Source: Escherichia phage SM_A2. From it: a stretch of 44,881 nucleotides of DNA. The position numbers and the translations under genes are program-made. Below the pieces are notes generated by a model that saw only the letters and a program-made list of their open reading frames with translations, was not told the DNA's origin and did not search any database. The stretch lies in sequence record PP920552.1. One strand, given 5' to 3'. Within the stretch, counting starts at the first letter, position 1. Each line of letters begins with the position of its first letter. This document shows positions 1-9,655 of the stretch, in pieces.

Positions 1-552
1 ATGGCAGAAATCAAAGTTAAGGGCCGACGCGCCAAACTGGACGGACGAGTGGCAGTAACCCCGCGCCGTAAACCAGGCGAGCAAACCGAGCATACCAATC
101 TCGGACCTGAGATCGAGTACGGCAAGCGCCGTAAAGGCGGCAAATGTGGACGCCCTACTGACTACCGATCTGTTTACTGCGACCAGCTTCGTCGCTATTT
201 TGCCGACGCCGACGCCTGGCAGGTCAATTACTCCGATAAAGGCGCTGCGCAGGTAATCCCTCGCAACAAAATGCCAACCTTCGGCAGATTTGCCGCGGAA
301 ATCGGTGTGGGCGTCGCTTGCCTGTATCGCTGGGCGCGCGCACATGAGGAGTTCGCCGAGGCTATGGCGGACGCAATGGAGTTGCAGAAAACTTTCCTGA
401 TGGAAGCTGGCGGCGTGACTATCGCGGCAGGCTTCGCGACCTTCCTGCTCAAAGCCAACCACGGCGTACGCGACGATATCCCACTGGATGACGACGAAGA
501 TGATAACGGCGACGTCGTTGTCGAACCTACCGGCAAAGGCCAGGGCGAATAA
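1..552 (+). CDS. terminase small subunit (putative)
   Basis: 183 aa ORF directly upstream of and overlapping (TAATG) the large terminase; HTH-like segment PTFGRFAAEIGVGVACLYRWARAHEEF; acidic C-terminus. Assignment by position and motif only. Confidence 0.6.
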   Translation: MAEIKVKGRRAKLDGRVAVTPRRKPGEQTEHTNLGPEIEYGKRRKGGKCGRPTDYRSVYCDQLRRYFADADAWQVNYSDKGAAQVIPRNKMPTFGRFAAEIGVGVACLYRWARAHEEFAEAMADAMELQKTFLMEAGGVTIAAGFATFLLKANHGVRDDIPLDDDEDDNGDVVVEPTGKGQGE

Positions 553-1937
553 TGCGTAACTATGCGGCAGAACACCGCGCACTGGAACGCGCGATCGCGA
601 AGCGCAACCGACCACCGCGCCCGACACGCGTTGCGCAGGCGGTGCGGCTTTACCAGCCTGATTGCCTACCGCACCAGGTCGAACTACTGCGGGACACGAA
701 GACTAAAATCCTCGGCCTGTGTTCCGGCTTCGGCGGCGGCAAGTCATGGGTCGCAGCCCGTAAGGTAATCCAGCTTTTAACCCTGAACCCGGGTCATGAT
801 GGCATCGTTACCGAACCGACTATTCCACTCCTGGTTAAAATCATGTATCCGGAATTGGAAAAGGCTTTCGACGAGGCTGGCTTCCGGTGGAAGTTCAACA
901 AGCAGGACAAGATCTATAGCGTTCTGGTGAAAGGCAAATGGACCCGCGTGATCTGTGAATCAATGGAGAACTATACCCGCCTGATCGGGGTCAACGCCGC
1001 GTGGATTGTTGCCGACGAGTTCGACACCACGAAACAAGACGTCGCGCTGGCGGCATATCACAAATTGCTAGGTCGTCTGCGTGCGGGCTTCGTCCGCCAG
1101 TTCGTCATCGTATCCACGCCTGAAGGCTACCGGGCGATGTATCAAATTTTCGAGGTGGAGAAGGATAGCCAAAAGCGCCTGATCCGGGCGAAGACCACCG
1201 ACAACCACCATTTACCGGCAGACTTTATCGACACGCTGCGCAGTCAGTACCCGGCGAACCTTATTGACGCGTACCTGAACGGCCTGTTTGTTAACCTTAC
1301 GTCGGGCGCGGTGTACAAGATGTTTAATCGCGAGGAGAACGCCAGCACCGAAGAAGTACAACCGGAAGACACGCTGATTATCGGTATGGACTTTAACGTC
1401 ACGAAAATGGCGGCGGTCGTGTATGTAAGACGGCAGCGTACCACCGAGAACAAGGAGTTCCGCGACGAGATTCACGCCGTGGATGAATTCGTGGACCTGT
1501 TTGATACCCCGGCTATGATTGAAGCGATCGAGGAGCGCTACCCCGATCATTGCGCTGCCGGTCGTGTTGTCGTGTACCCGGATAGCAGCGGCAAATCCCG
1601 CAAAACGGTTAACGCTTCGTCGTCCGATATCGCGCAACTGGAAGATGCGGGCTTCGAGGTGGAATACGACAGCGTTAACCCACCTGTGAAAGACCGATTG
1701 ATCGCGATGAATACGATGATGTGCAACTCGAAGGGCGTGCGCCAGTATTTTGTCAACCTGGATAAATGCCCTACACTAGCGAAATGCCTGGAACAGCAGG
1801 TTTACGACCTGAAGAAAGGCGAGCCGGATAAAACCGCCGGTGTGGACCACATGAACGATGCAGCGGGCTATCCGATTGCGCACCTGTTCCCAGTGATTCG
1901 TCCAATCGCCGCTGTTCCAACTGTCGACTTCTACTAA
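552..1937 (+). CDS. terminase large subunit
   Basis: 461 aa; P-loop-like GLCSGFGGGKS, Walker B-like VADEFD, C-terminal acidic nuclease-type motifs; sits between small terminase and portal. Confidence 0.85.
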   Translation: MRNYAAEHRALERAIAKRNRPPRPTRVAQAVRLYQPDCLPHQVELLRDTKTKILGLCSGFGGGKSWVAARKVIQLLTLNPGHDGIVTEPTIPLLVKIMYPELEKAFDEAGFRWKFNKQDKIYSVLVKGKWTRVICESMENYTRLIGVNAAWIVADEFDTTKQDVALAAYHKLLGRLRAGFVRQFVIVSTPEGYRAMYQIFEVEKDSQKRLIRAKTTDNHHLPADFIDTLRSQYPANLIDAYLNGLFVNLTSGAVYKMFNREENASTEEVQPEDTLIIGMDFNVTKMAAVVYVRRQRTTENKEFRDEIHAVDEFVDLFDTPAMIEAIEERYPDHCAAGRVVVYPDSSGKSRKTVNASSSDIAQLEDAGFEVEYDSVNPPVKDRLIAMNTMMCNSKGVRQYFVNLDKCPTLAKCLEQQVYDLKKGEPDKTAGVDHMNDAAGYPIAHLFPVIRPIAAVPTVDFY

Positions 1938-1947
1938 GGAAACGAAC

Positions 1948-3468
1948 ATGACCGTTAACGTTGACAACCAGCACCCACTCTATGCGCGTATCGCGCCAGA
2001 GTGGAAAATGATCCGGGATTGTGTAGCCGGGGAGCGCGCCGTTAAGGCGTGCGGCCCTTTATACCTGCCACATCCCGCCAGCGGCGACAATACCGACCCG
2101 AAATCACGGGCGCGGTATAAGGCGTATAAGCAACGCGCTGTATTCCTGAACGCCACCGCCCGCACACTTAACGCGCTGTTGGGCGTTGCCTTTGCAAAAC
2201 CGGTAAGTCTGGACCTTTCCGGGGCGATGGCTGACCTGATTGATGACGTAGACGGCAGCGGTATGCCATTGCCGCAACTCCTGCGCGGTGCTATGTCGGA
2301 AGTTCTGCAATCGGGCCGCGCTGGCTTTATGGTGGACTACGACCGCCAGGCCCACTTTGACGAACTGGGTAACGTAGTGCCGCAGACCGCCGCCGAGATG
2401 GCTGCGCACCGTCCGCTTATCCGCCTGTATACGGCAGAACAGATCATCAACTGGCGGCAGACCCACGGTGTTGACACGCTAATCGTGCTGAAGGAAACGG
2501 ATGAGATCAGCACCGAAGACCCGGACGACTTCGCAAACCACGAAGTAACCATCTGGACCGAGCTTCGCATGATTGACGGCAAGGCGCACGCCCGCCGCTG
2601 GTATTACAACGCTGACACGTCCGAGGTGCAAATGGACTTGCCGCGTGGCTTCACCCGCACCGACCTTGTGCCATTGGTGGATGCTTCCGGTAATGCGCTT
2701 ACGCAACTGCCATTTTGCTGGTGTGGCGCGGTGGACAACAACGCATCCCCTGACGCCGCGCCGCTGGCGGATATTGCGTCCATCAACATTAAGCACTACA
2801 ACGCCGAAGCGGACGTCGCCGAGATCGCGCACATTGTGGGCCAGCCGACCCTCGTTGCTACGGGCCTGACTCAATCATGGGCTGACAAAAACCTGAAGGG
2901 TGGCATTGCTCTCGGCGCAACTAAGGGCGTTATCCTGGGCCAGAACATGGACGCTAAACTTATTCAGGCCGAGGAGCGCAACTTGTCTGTTGCACTGTGT
3001 GAGCGCCGCGAGTTGCAAATGGCTAAACTTGGCGCGGCCCTGGTTGAGAAGGGGACCGCACCTAAGACGGCAACCGAAGCGGCCTACGATGCGCAGACTG
3101 ACAACAGTATCCTGTCACTGATTGCCGGTAACGTTGAGAAGGCTTTCAACCGGGCGCTGCAAATTGTCCAGCTATTCACTGGAGACACCGCCGACCAGCG
3201 CGTGACGCTGAACAAGTTCTACACCGAAATCTCGGTTGATGCGCAGCTTATGACTGCAATGATGGCGGGTGTGCAGACTGGTACGGTCCGACTTGCTGAC
3301 TTCATCAAGTGGATGATGGCGCAGGGCGTCATTGATGACTCGCAAACCGTCGAGCAGGTAGAAGACGAATTGCGAAATCAGAATCCATTGCCTCAAATGT
3401 CCACGGATGCGGTAGAATCTACCGAAGAAGACCCGGACAAGGTAGCGGACAATGGCGAGAACGATTAA
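1948..3468 (+). CDS. portal protein
   Basis: 506 aa ORF immediately after terminase with RBS AAGGAAACG before ATG at 1948; size and position typical of portal; acidic C-terminus. Confidence 0.75.
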   Translation: MTVNVDNQHPLYARIAPEWKMIRDCVAGERAVKACGPLYLPHPASGDNTDPKSRARYKAYKQRAVFLNATARTLNALLGVAFAKPVSLDLSGAMADLIDDVDGSGMPLPQLLRGAMSEVLQSGRAGFMVDYDRQAHFDELGNVVPQTAAEMAAHRPLIRLYTAEQIINWRQTHGVDTLIVLKETDEISTEDPDDFANHEVTIWTELRMIDGKAHARRWYYNADTSEVQMDLPRGFTRTDLVPLVDASGNALTQLPFCWCGAVDNNASPDAAPLADIASINIKHYNAEADVAEIAHIVGQPTLVATGLTQSWADKNLKGGIALGATKGVILGQNMDAKLIQAEERNLSVALCERRELQMAKLGAALVEKGTAPKTATEAAYDAQTDNSILSLIAGNVEKAFNRALQIVQLFTGDTADQRVTLNKFYTEISVDAQLMTAMMAGVQTGTVRLADFIKWMMAQGVIDDSQTVEQVEDELRNQNPLPQMSTDAVESTEEDPDKVADNGEND

Positions 3469-4555
3469 TCAACATCTGGCGGATCGCATGATCCGCCGTC
3501 ACATTTTCACCCAGCGCCTGAGCAATGACCAGGCGCGAAGGGTGCTGGCTATGTGGGAGAAGTTCCGACCCACGCTACTGGGGAAGCTGACCGAGTTACT
3601 TGATGGCAAAAAGGCCATGAATAACAAGGCGCTTACCACACTGTTGACGCAACTCGATAAGACCGTTAAGACGGAACTGCGCACCGAGTTTAAGGCGCTG
3701 GCGGAAAGCCTTCAGGAGTTTGCCGACTCGGAGGCCGATTATCTTGTCGATACACTAACGGCAGCGATCCAGCCCGCGGTCGCCGTGCCTGCGGTCGAGG
3801 TAGTGGGCGTTGTGACCGGTGCGCAGATTGCAGCGACGGCTATGAAAAACCCGTTCCAGGGCAATACGATGATGCAATGGCCTGACTCACTCTCTGAGTG
3901 GACCAGGACGCAGATCGGCAATCAGGTGCGCGCGGGCTTCATCCAGGGCAAGCCGACTATGGAAATAATTGCGGACGTAAGGCGCGCGCTCGGCGGTCGT
4001 AGTGCGCAGGCCATCTCAAGCGTGGTTAAGTCCGCAGTCAACCACTATGCGGCGACCGCCCGCGAATTAATGGTGAAAGCAAATGACGATATTCTCGAAG
4101 GTCGCCAATGGTTGGCTACATTGGACACTCATACCTCCCCTATGTGCCAGCTACGCGATCGCCTGTTTTATCCTGTTGACGTCACTCCCGACACCAAAGG
4201 GAAGCGCGGCGGAAAAGTGGTGGCTGGATCGCAGTATGGCGCTGGCCCGGGCAAGCTGCATTATTGCTGCCGTTCGACTGAGACGTGGAAAGTCAAAGGT
4301 ATGGAAGATTGGCCCAGTGGTAAGCGTCCGGCACTGAAGGCTGACGCGGGTCGATTGCTGAGTGAGCAAGTCGACGCGCAGACTGATTTCTTCTCATGGG
4401 TGCAGCGCCAGCCGCGCCATATTCTGGAGGAATTATACGGGGTGCAGCGCGCGGACCAGATTATGCGCGGCGTGAAAGTGCCGAAGATGTTCACCGACAC
4501 AGGCGAACTAATGACTATTGCACAGCTTAAAAACCGGGGGTTATGGCGTGATTAA
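3452..4555 (+). CDS. head morphogenesis protein (Mu F / SPP1 gp7-like, putative)
   Basis: 367 aa ORF overlapping the portal 3' end by 17 nt; conserved position between portal and scaffold. Confidence 0.6.
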   Translation: MARTINQHLADRMIRRHIFTQRLSNDQARRVLAMWEKFRPTLLGKLTELLDGKKAMNNKALTTLLTQLDKTVKTELRTEFKALAESLQEFADSEADYLVDTLTAAIQPAVAVPAVEVVGVVTGAQIAATAMKNPFQGNTMMQWPDSLSEWTRTQIGNQVRAGFIQGKPTMEIIADVRRALGGRSAQAISSVVKSAVNHYAATARELMVKANDDILEGRQWLATLDTHTSPMCQLRDRLFYPVDVTPDTKGKRGGKVVAGSQYGAGPGKLHYCCRSTETWKVKGMEDWPSGKRPALKADAGRLLSEQVDAQTDFFSWVQRQPRHILEELYGVQRADQIMRGVKVPKMFTDTGELMTIAQLKNRGLWRD

Positions 4556-4856
4556 ATACGCAGCGATTGGATTGGTTATCGGCCTGGCGGTTGGCTTCTG
4601 GCTGGGGGACTCCTACCGTGCGGGCGTTGTGGCGAGAGCGGCGCAGGAAGCGCAAGCGAAAGCCCAACGGCAGCAAACTAAGGCTGTCGAGGGGACAGTG
4701 CAGGCCGAACAGGCCCGCGATGTGGAATACCGGACTATCACTAAAGAGGTTGTGAAATATGTTACGCGTCCTGACCGTACTGATTGCAGTTTTGATGATG
4801 AGCGCGTGCGGATCAAGCAACGTGCCATCGACGCCGCTAACCGAGTCGGTTTATAG
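4548..4856 (+). CDS. i-spanin (Rz-like inner-membrane spanin, putative)
   Basis: N-terminal TM helix YAAIGLVIGLAVGFWLG followed by a charged, coiled-coil-like periplasmic region; probable GTG start at 4548 with GGGGG 8 nt upstream (ORF track opens at TTG 4518); contains the embedded start of a lipoprotein gene in another frame. Confidence 0.5.
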   Translation: MIKYAAIGLVIGLAVGFWLGDSYRAGVVARAAQEAQAKAQRQQTKAVEGTVQAEQARDVEYRTITKEVVKYVTRPDRTDCSFDDERVRIKQRAIDAANRVGL

Positions 4857-4989
4857 ACCGCCTTGCACTTTTGAGAATGCCTCGGCAGATCCAGACGAAG
4901 ACTTGCTGGTTGATGTTAAAAATATGGAATGCGGGGCTAAGCTAAGGGCGCAAGTGCTGGAGTTGCAGAAAATAATTAGGGGGCCGTAA
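4759..4989 (+). CDS. o-spanin (Rz1-like outer-membrane lipoprotein, putative)
   Basis: ATG at 4759 with RBS AAGAGG; signal peptide MLRVLTVLIAVLMMSAC with lipobox-like Cys; short Pro/Cys-containing mature part; starts inside the i-spanin ORF in a different frame (overlapped Rz/Rz1 architecture). Confidence 0.55.
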   Translation: MLRVLTVLIAVLMMSACGSSNVPSTPLTESVYRPPCTFENASADPDEDLLVDVKNMECGAKLRAQVLELQKIIRGP

Positions 4990-5005
4990 TGGCCCCTTTT
5001 TTTTT
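4979..5005. terminator. bidirectional intrinsic terminator
   Basis: GGGGCC-GTAAT-GGCCCC hairpin followed by T9; lies between the convergent plus-strand spanin genes and minus-strand gene 5007-5771. Confidence 0.8.
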
Positions 5006-5006
5006 G

Positions 5007-5771
5007 TTAGCGCGGAATACCGCAGATTTCGTTTAACGTCTTCACGTCCAGCGCCACCGCCGTGGACTTCGGCTTGTCCTGGTATGGAATAAACTGTTCA
5101 ACTTCAGGCCACGCCTTGATCAGCTTCTTATCGGTATTGTGCATATCCAGCACGCCGGTAACAGTTAGTTTGAACGCATCATACTTAGCACGCAACTCGC
5201 GGCGGGCTTTGTCGTTACGGTCCAGGCGCTTACAGAAATCATGGTCTGCCGGGCAGTCTATACGACCGCGTGGCTTATATATCGGCAGCGCTTTCCCGTC
5301 GTCGTCGACTTCGCACACTGACGCTAACAAAATTTCCTCATACCCAGGCACAATATCGCCGAGGTCTGGAGACAGCTTATTCATGTATTTATACTCCCAG
5401 TATCCGCGATGTACTCGGAATCGGTACCCGTCTCCGCTCAATGACACGGTACGGACGTTTCCGCCTGCGTTGATTTCGAAAGTGGCGTCATAAACGCTGC
5501 CAATACCTTTTGGGCGGTCGGAGTCGAAACGATATGTAGCCTTATTGGTGTATACGCAAACGCCGTACATCTGCGACGGGTCATCGCCGATTGCTTCAAT
5601 GCGCGCACGTAGCTCGGCGAACGTATGAATGCCTACAGGCATACAGCGCAACGCAATGTCATACGCCAGGTCGCGAGAGTCCATCATGATTTTTTTGGCT
5701 TCAGTAGTGATTTCGTGGTCGCGCAGGATGTTAGCCAGAATCTGGTTTTTAATGTCTTTTGTCAGTCTCAT
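5007..5771 (-). CDS. hypothetical protein (accessory gene in head module)
   Basis: 254 aa ORF on the opposite strand to the surrounding structural genes; ATG at 5771 with GAGGA RBS; no motif recognised. Confidence 0.6.
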   Translation of the reverse strand: MRLTKDIKNQILANILRDHEITTEAKKIMMDSRDLAYDIALRCMPVGIHTFAELRARIEAIGDDPSQMYGVCVYTNKATYRFDSDRPKGIGSVYDATFEINAGGNVRTVSLSGDGYRFRVHRGYWEYKYMNKLSPDLGDIVPGYEEILLASVCEVDDDGKALPIYKPRGRIDCPADHDFCKRLDRNDKARRELRAKYDAFKLTVTGVLDMHNTDKKLIKAWPEVEQFIPYQDKPKSTAVALDVKTLNEICGIPR

Positions 5772-5815
5772 TTTCGTGTCCTCGTTGTTGGGGCTTTCGC
5801 CCCGTTTGGCTTGGT

Positions 5816-6130
5816 TTAGTTAAACTTGATGTTGCCACCGGTGGAAGTTAAGCGAGCGCATACGGCTTCAACGGCATCGACGCACATGAAATCGTTAAAG
5901 GCTTCTACCAGGGATTTGATGAAAGATGCCGGAACCAGACCGCAAGCCGGGTTATCGAAGGTTGCGGAATTGATTGCGGCCTTCGCTGCTTCAGTAGCAT
6001 TCATGCTCTGGCACAGATTCAGCGCTTCGGCGTTACGCATAGCATGAAAGGTGAAGGTTTTAGCTACGGTAGCTTTATTGAAACGGGTCATTGCTACGTC
6101 TACTGGAGTTGCTACGGTCATGTTAGTCAT
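5816..6130 (-). CDS. hypothetical protein (accessory gene in head module)
   Basis: 104 aa from the ATG at 6130, which has an AAGGA RBS 7 nt upstream (the ORF track extends to 6181); own promoter upstream; no motif recognised. Confidence 0.5.
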   Translation of the reverse strand: MTNMTVATPVDVAMTRFNKATVAKTFTFHAMRNAEALNLCQSMNATEAAKAAINSATFDNPACGLVPASFIKSLVEAFNDFMCVDAVEAVCARLTSTGGNIKFN

Positions 6131-6165
6131 CTTGTTTTCCTTCATATCTCTGTTGGTGTGCAACC

Positions 6166-6195
6166 AATATATTGCAACCAATACCCATATTGCAA
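6166..6195 (-). promoter_or_regulatory. sigma70-like promoter with ATTGGTTGCA motif (leftward)
   Basis: Read on the minus strand: TTGCAA (-35, fwd 6190-6195), 18-nt spacer containing ATTGGTTGCA, TATATT (-10, fwd 6166-6171); a second TGCAACCAAT copy at 6159-6168; upstream of gene 5816-6130. Confidence 0.5.
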
Positions 6196-6284
6196 GCGAA
6201 TTTTGCGATTATTTTTATCGCTGATAATATTAAGGCGTGAAGTCGAGCGGGTGGCCCGCTCTGCCACAATCCCAGGGGGATAGC

Positions 6285-6986
6285 ATGAAACTTACTAAAG
6301 CAGAATATGACGCGTTGCCGGAAGGTATGAAGGCGCTTTTTGTTGCCGATGGTGACGGGTATAAATCAACGTTCATGACCGCCGAAGAAGTACAGGCGGA
6401 GATCAAGGGTCTGAAAGACAACAACGCGAAGCTGGTGAGCGAGAAGAAAGCAGAAGCCGAACGCCGCGCCGAAGCTGAGCGCCTTGCGAAAGAGAAAGAG
6501 GAAGCCGCCGCGCGCAAAAATGGCGACCTCGAAGCGATCGACAAGTCCTGGAAAGATAAGTTTGCAAAACACGAAGCAGACACATCGGGAAAAATCGAAG
6601 CCTACCGCAAGCAGATCCACGATCTAACCATCGGCAGCGCTGCCAAAGACCTGGCGTCGAAGCTGTTCGGTAAGAATGCGGGCATCATGCAACGCCACGT
6701 AATGGACCGCCTGACGCTGGAAGACGGCGAAGACGGCAGCTTGAAAGTGCGTGTCTTGCAGGATGGCAAACCGTCCGCGCTGACTATGGAAGAGCTTGAA
6801 AAAGAGTTCCGTAATAACGCCGATTTTGCATCCGTCCTGGCTGGCACGCCAGCCGGTGGTGCGCCGAGCAAACCGACGCATGTTGTCGAAGATGTGAAGT
6901 CGAAAATCTCTATGGGCCACAGCTTCGGCATCACCGATCTGACGAAACAGGCTGGTGAAATCATCGCTAAAATGGGCGACGAGTAA
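6285..6986 (+). CDS. scaffolding protein (putative)
   Basis: ATG at 6285 with GGGGGA RBS; highly charged, coiled-coil-like sequence (KKAEAERRAEAERLAKEKEEAAARK); immediately upstream of the major capsid gene. Confidence 0.65.
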   Translation: MKLTKAEYDALPEGMKALFVADGDGYKSTFMTAEEVQAEIKGLKDNNAKLVSEKKAEAERRAEAERLAKEKEEAAARKNGDLEAIDKSWKDKFAKHEADTSGKIEAYRKQIHDLTIGSAAKDLASKLFGKNAGIMQRHVMDRLTLEDGEDGSLKVRVLQDGKPSALTMEELEKEFRNNADFASVLAGTPAGGAPSKPTHVVEDVKSKISMGHSFGITDLTKQAGEIIAKMGDE

Positions 6987-6990
6987 GCAA

Positions 6991-7016
6991 ATTGCCCGCG
7001 AAAGCGGGCAATTTTG
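6991..7016 (+). terminator. hairpin / partial terminator between scaffold and capsid genes
   Basis: ATTGCCCGC-GAAA-GCGGGCAAT perfect 9-bp stem followed by TTTTG. Confidence 0.5.
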
Positions 7017-7083
7017 CGAGCGCGTAAATCTAAGGTAACATTAACGGTACTGGGCGAATGCTCACAACTCAAAGGATTTCGAT

Positions 7084-8184
7084 ATGTCTTTAACAGTGTT
7101 CCAGCGTAAACTCGTCACCGCGGTTACGCAAATGATCCCCGACAACCTGAACGTGTTCAACGCTGCCGCTAACGGTGCTGTTGTTCTCGGTACGGGTGAA
7201 GTGCTGAAGGATGTTGTAGAAAAAATGTCCGTAGGCTTGATCGCCAACCTCGTTACCGACCGTAACGCCTACGCCCCTGTAGGTACTCCGGCGACCGCAA
7301 AAGTGCTGGCGCGTATGCTGACCAACTCAGTTAACCTTTCCGCGAAAGTGGGTCCGGTAGCAATCACTAAGGCTATGATGGCTAAGATCGAAACCAACGT
7401 TAACAGCGTTGCGGCTGAGATCGCGGCCCAGGCTACTCAAGCGATTATGCTGCACTACCTGAAAGCGGGTATCGGTGCGGGCAAAGCGGCTATCGAAAGC
7501 AACGCAGCGGCAAACTACACCCAACCGGCGCGCGTTGACGGCGTTGGCGGTCGTACCTTCCCGACCCTGGCAGACTTCCCGCTGGCAGCTTCCAAGTTCG
7601 GCGATCAGGCGTCTTTGATTAAATCCTGGTTTATGGACGGCGTTACCTGGGCAAACTTCATCGCATACCAGGCGCTCCCATCTGCCGAGCAGGTATTCGC
7701 GATCGGCGATCTGCAGGTAATGGGCGACGGCCTGGGTCGCCGTTTCATTATCTCCGATGCCGCGGCTGACGCGATGGGCGCGGGTAAAATGCTGGGTCTG
7801 GTCCCTGGCGCGGTTGCAGTTACCACCAACGGCCTTGATATGCTGGCGCAGGAAAAAGGCGGTAATGAGAACATCGAGCGCTGGTGGCAGGGCGAGTTCG
7901 ACTTCAACGTGGCTGTTAAAGGCTACCGTCTGAAGGCGTCCGCTCGTACCCCGATCGAAGGCGTCCGCTCGTTCAAGCTGTCAGATATCACCACTAAGGA
8001 TAACTGGGAGCTTGACCATGGCCAGGTAGACAACGCACCGGCAACCGTGCAGGACGTTGGCGCGGTGGGTGACGGCGATACTAAAGGCCGTCGTAAGACC
8101 CAGGCCGCGCAGGAAGTGCCGACCCGTAACATCAAGGAAACGGCTGGCGTACTGGTTACGCTGACTGCGACCACTGCGTCCTAA
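7084..8184 (+). CDS. major capsid protein
   Basis: 366 aa ORF after the scaffold gene and before a strong terminator; size and position typical of a major capsid protein. Confidence 0.8.
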   Translation: MSLTVFQRKLVTAVTQMIPDNLNVFNAAANGAVVLGTGEVLKDVVEKMSVGLIANLVTDRNAYAPVGTPATAKVLARMLTNSVNLSAKVGPVAITKAMMAKIETNVNSVAAEIAAQATQAIMLHYLKAGIGAGKAAIESNAAANYTQPARVDGVGGRTFPTLADFPLAASKFGDQASLIKSWFMDGVTWANFIAYQALPSAEQVFAIGDLQVMGDGLGRRFIISDAAADAMGAGKMLGLVPGAVAVTTNGLDMLAQEKGGNENIERWWQGEFDFNVAVKGYRLKASARTPIEGVRSFKLSDITTKDNWELDHGQVDNAPATVQDVGAVGDGDTKGRRKTQAAQEVPTRNIKETAGVLVTLTATTAS

Positions 8185-8201
8185 TCGGCGCAAATCCCAA
8201 A

Positions 8202-8228
8202 GGGGCGGGCTTATGCCCGCCTTTTTTA
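8202..8228 (+). terminator. intrinsic terminator after capsid gene
   Basis: GGGGCGGGC-TTAT-GCCCGCC hairpin followed by T6. Confidence 0.8.
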
Positions 8229-8242
8229 TAGGAGCGAATAAA

Positions 8243-8743
8243 ATGTATGGCGACCCGCAAACCTTTGTCGATTATGCCGCTGCGCGAGGTGTTGAAGTCA
8301 CGCTGAGCGATGCAACGCGACACCTTACCGTCGTTAATGACTTCCTTAATGGGATCAACTGGATCGGCGAACCCGCAGACCAGACCGGCATCGACGCATG
8401 GCCCCGCGTCAACTACCCGTCAGACGGTAAGCCGGTGCAAAACACGCTTACTGAAGATTTGGCAGTAGTCCCCGCGGGGCAGATCGTAGACTTCGCCTCA
8501 ACCCCCGTTGCCGTTGAACAAGCCGTTTACCGGCTGGCGATGCTGGTGGCTGACGATGTTGATATTTCTCCGATCGGCGATGGAAAGGAGACTATCCGCG
8601 AAACGGTAGGCCCGATCACGATGGAGTATGACGCTGCGTCGATTGGTAGCGGGGTGTCTTTCCCGTGGTGGGATGGATTGCTGGGCTACTGGGTGAACAC
8701 TGACGGCAACGCCGCCGGTAACTTTGACGTATACAGGGGTTAA
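8243..8743 (+). CDS. hypothetical head/connector-associated protein
   Basis: ATG at 8243 with AGGAG RBS; 166 aa; position between capsid and neck genes. Confidence 0.4.
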   Translation: MYGDPQTFVDYAAARGVEVTLSDATRHLTVVNDFLNGINWIGEPADQTGIDAWPRVNYPSDGKPVQNTLTEDLAVVPAGQIVDFASTPVAVEQAVYRLAMLVADDVDISPIGDGKETIRETVGPITMEYDAASIGSGVSFPWWDGLLGYWVNTDGNAAGNFDVYRG

Positions 8744-8744
8744 C

Positions 8745-9188
<444 letters not shown>

Positions 9189-9215
9189 CATGGCGGGATT
9201 TAACTACGCAGGCTT

Positions 9216-9285
<70 letters not shown>

Positions 9286-9300
9286 CGAAGGGGGAGTAAC

Positions 9301-9654
9301 ATGGCGGGATTTAACTACGCAGGCTTGAAGCGGAAAGTAAATCCGCTGATTAAAAAATACGGCATGACCGTTAAGGTGACGCGTCCGGGGTCTGTTGACC
9401 GCGTAGACGGCGAAGAAGTGGTTATCCCGCCAACGTCGTTTGATGTCATCGGTCTTCGCGAGGAGTACAAGCCCAGCGAGATCGACGGGACTCGTATCAT
9501 TGCCGGTGACGTTAAGTTCTTATGCCAGGCATCGGAGCAAGTGCAGGTAGGCGATCTGGTTAACCTGAATAGCACGGACTACCGTGTTATCAATCCAAAT
9601 CCACTGCAACCGGCGGGAACTACCATGCTGTTTCAATTACAGCTAAGGGGCTAA
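9301..9654 (+). CDS. head-tail joining protein (putative); alternative in-frame start at 9190
   Basis: ATG 9301 preceded by AAGGGGGAG; an identical RBS+ATG lies 111 nt upstream (9190) in the same frame, which would add MAGFNYAGL-(SQ)11-SRRGSN. Confidence 0.4.
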   Translation: MAGFNYAGLKRKVNPLIKKYGMTVKVTRPGSVDRVDGEEVVIPPTSFDVIGLREEYKPSEIDGTRIIAGDVKFLCQASEQVQVGDLVNLNSTDYRVINPNPLQPAGTTMLFQLQLRG

Positions 9655-9655
9655 T

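Noticed and set aside
562-768. 68-aa ORF in an alternative frame at the start of the large terminase gene
   Set aside because: Overlaps the well-supported terminase large subunit reading frame; Arg-rich frame artefact with no independent signals.
4518-4547. TTG start at 4518 for the i-spanin as given in the ORF track
   Set aside because: An in-frame GTG at 4548 has a GGGGG Shine-Dalgarno 8 nt upstream and avoids most of the overlap with the head morphogenesis gene; the exact start remains uncertain.
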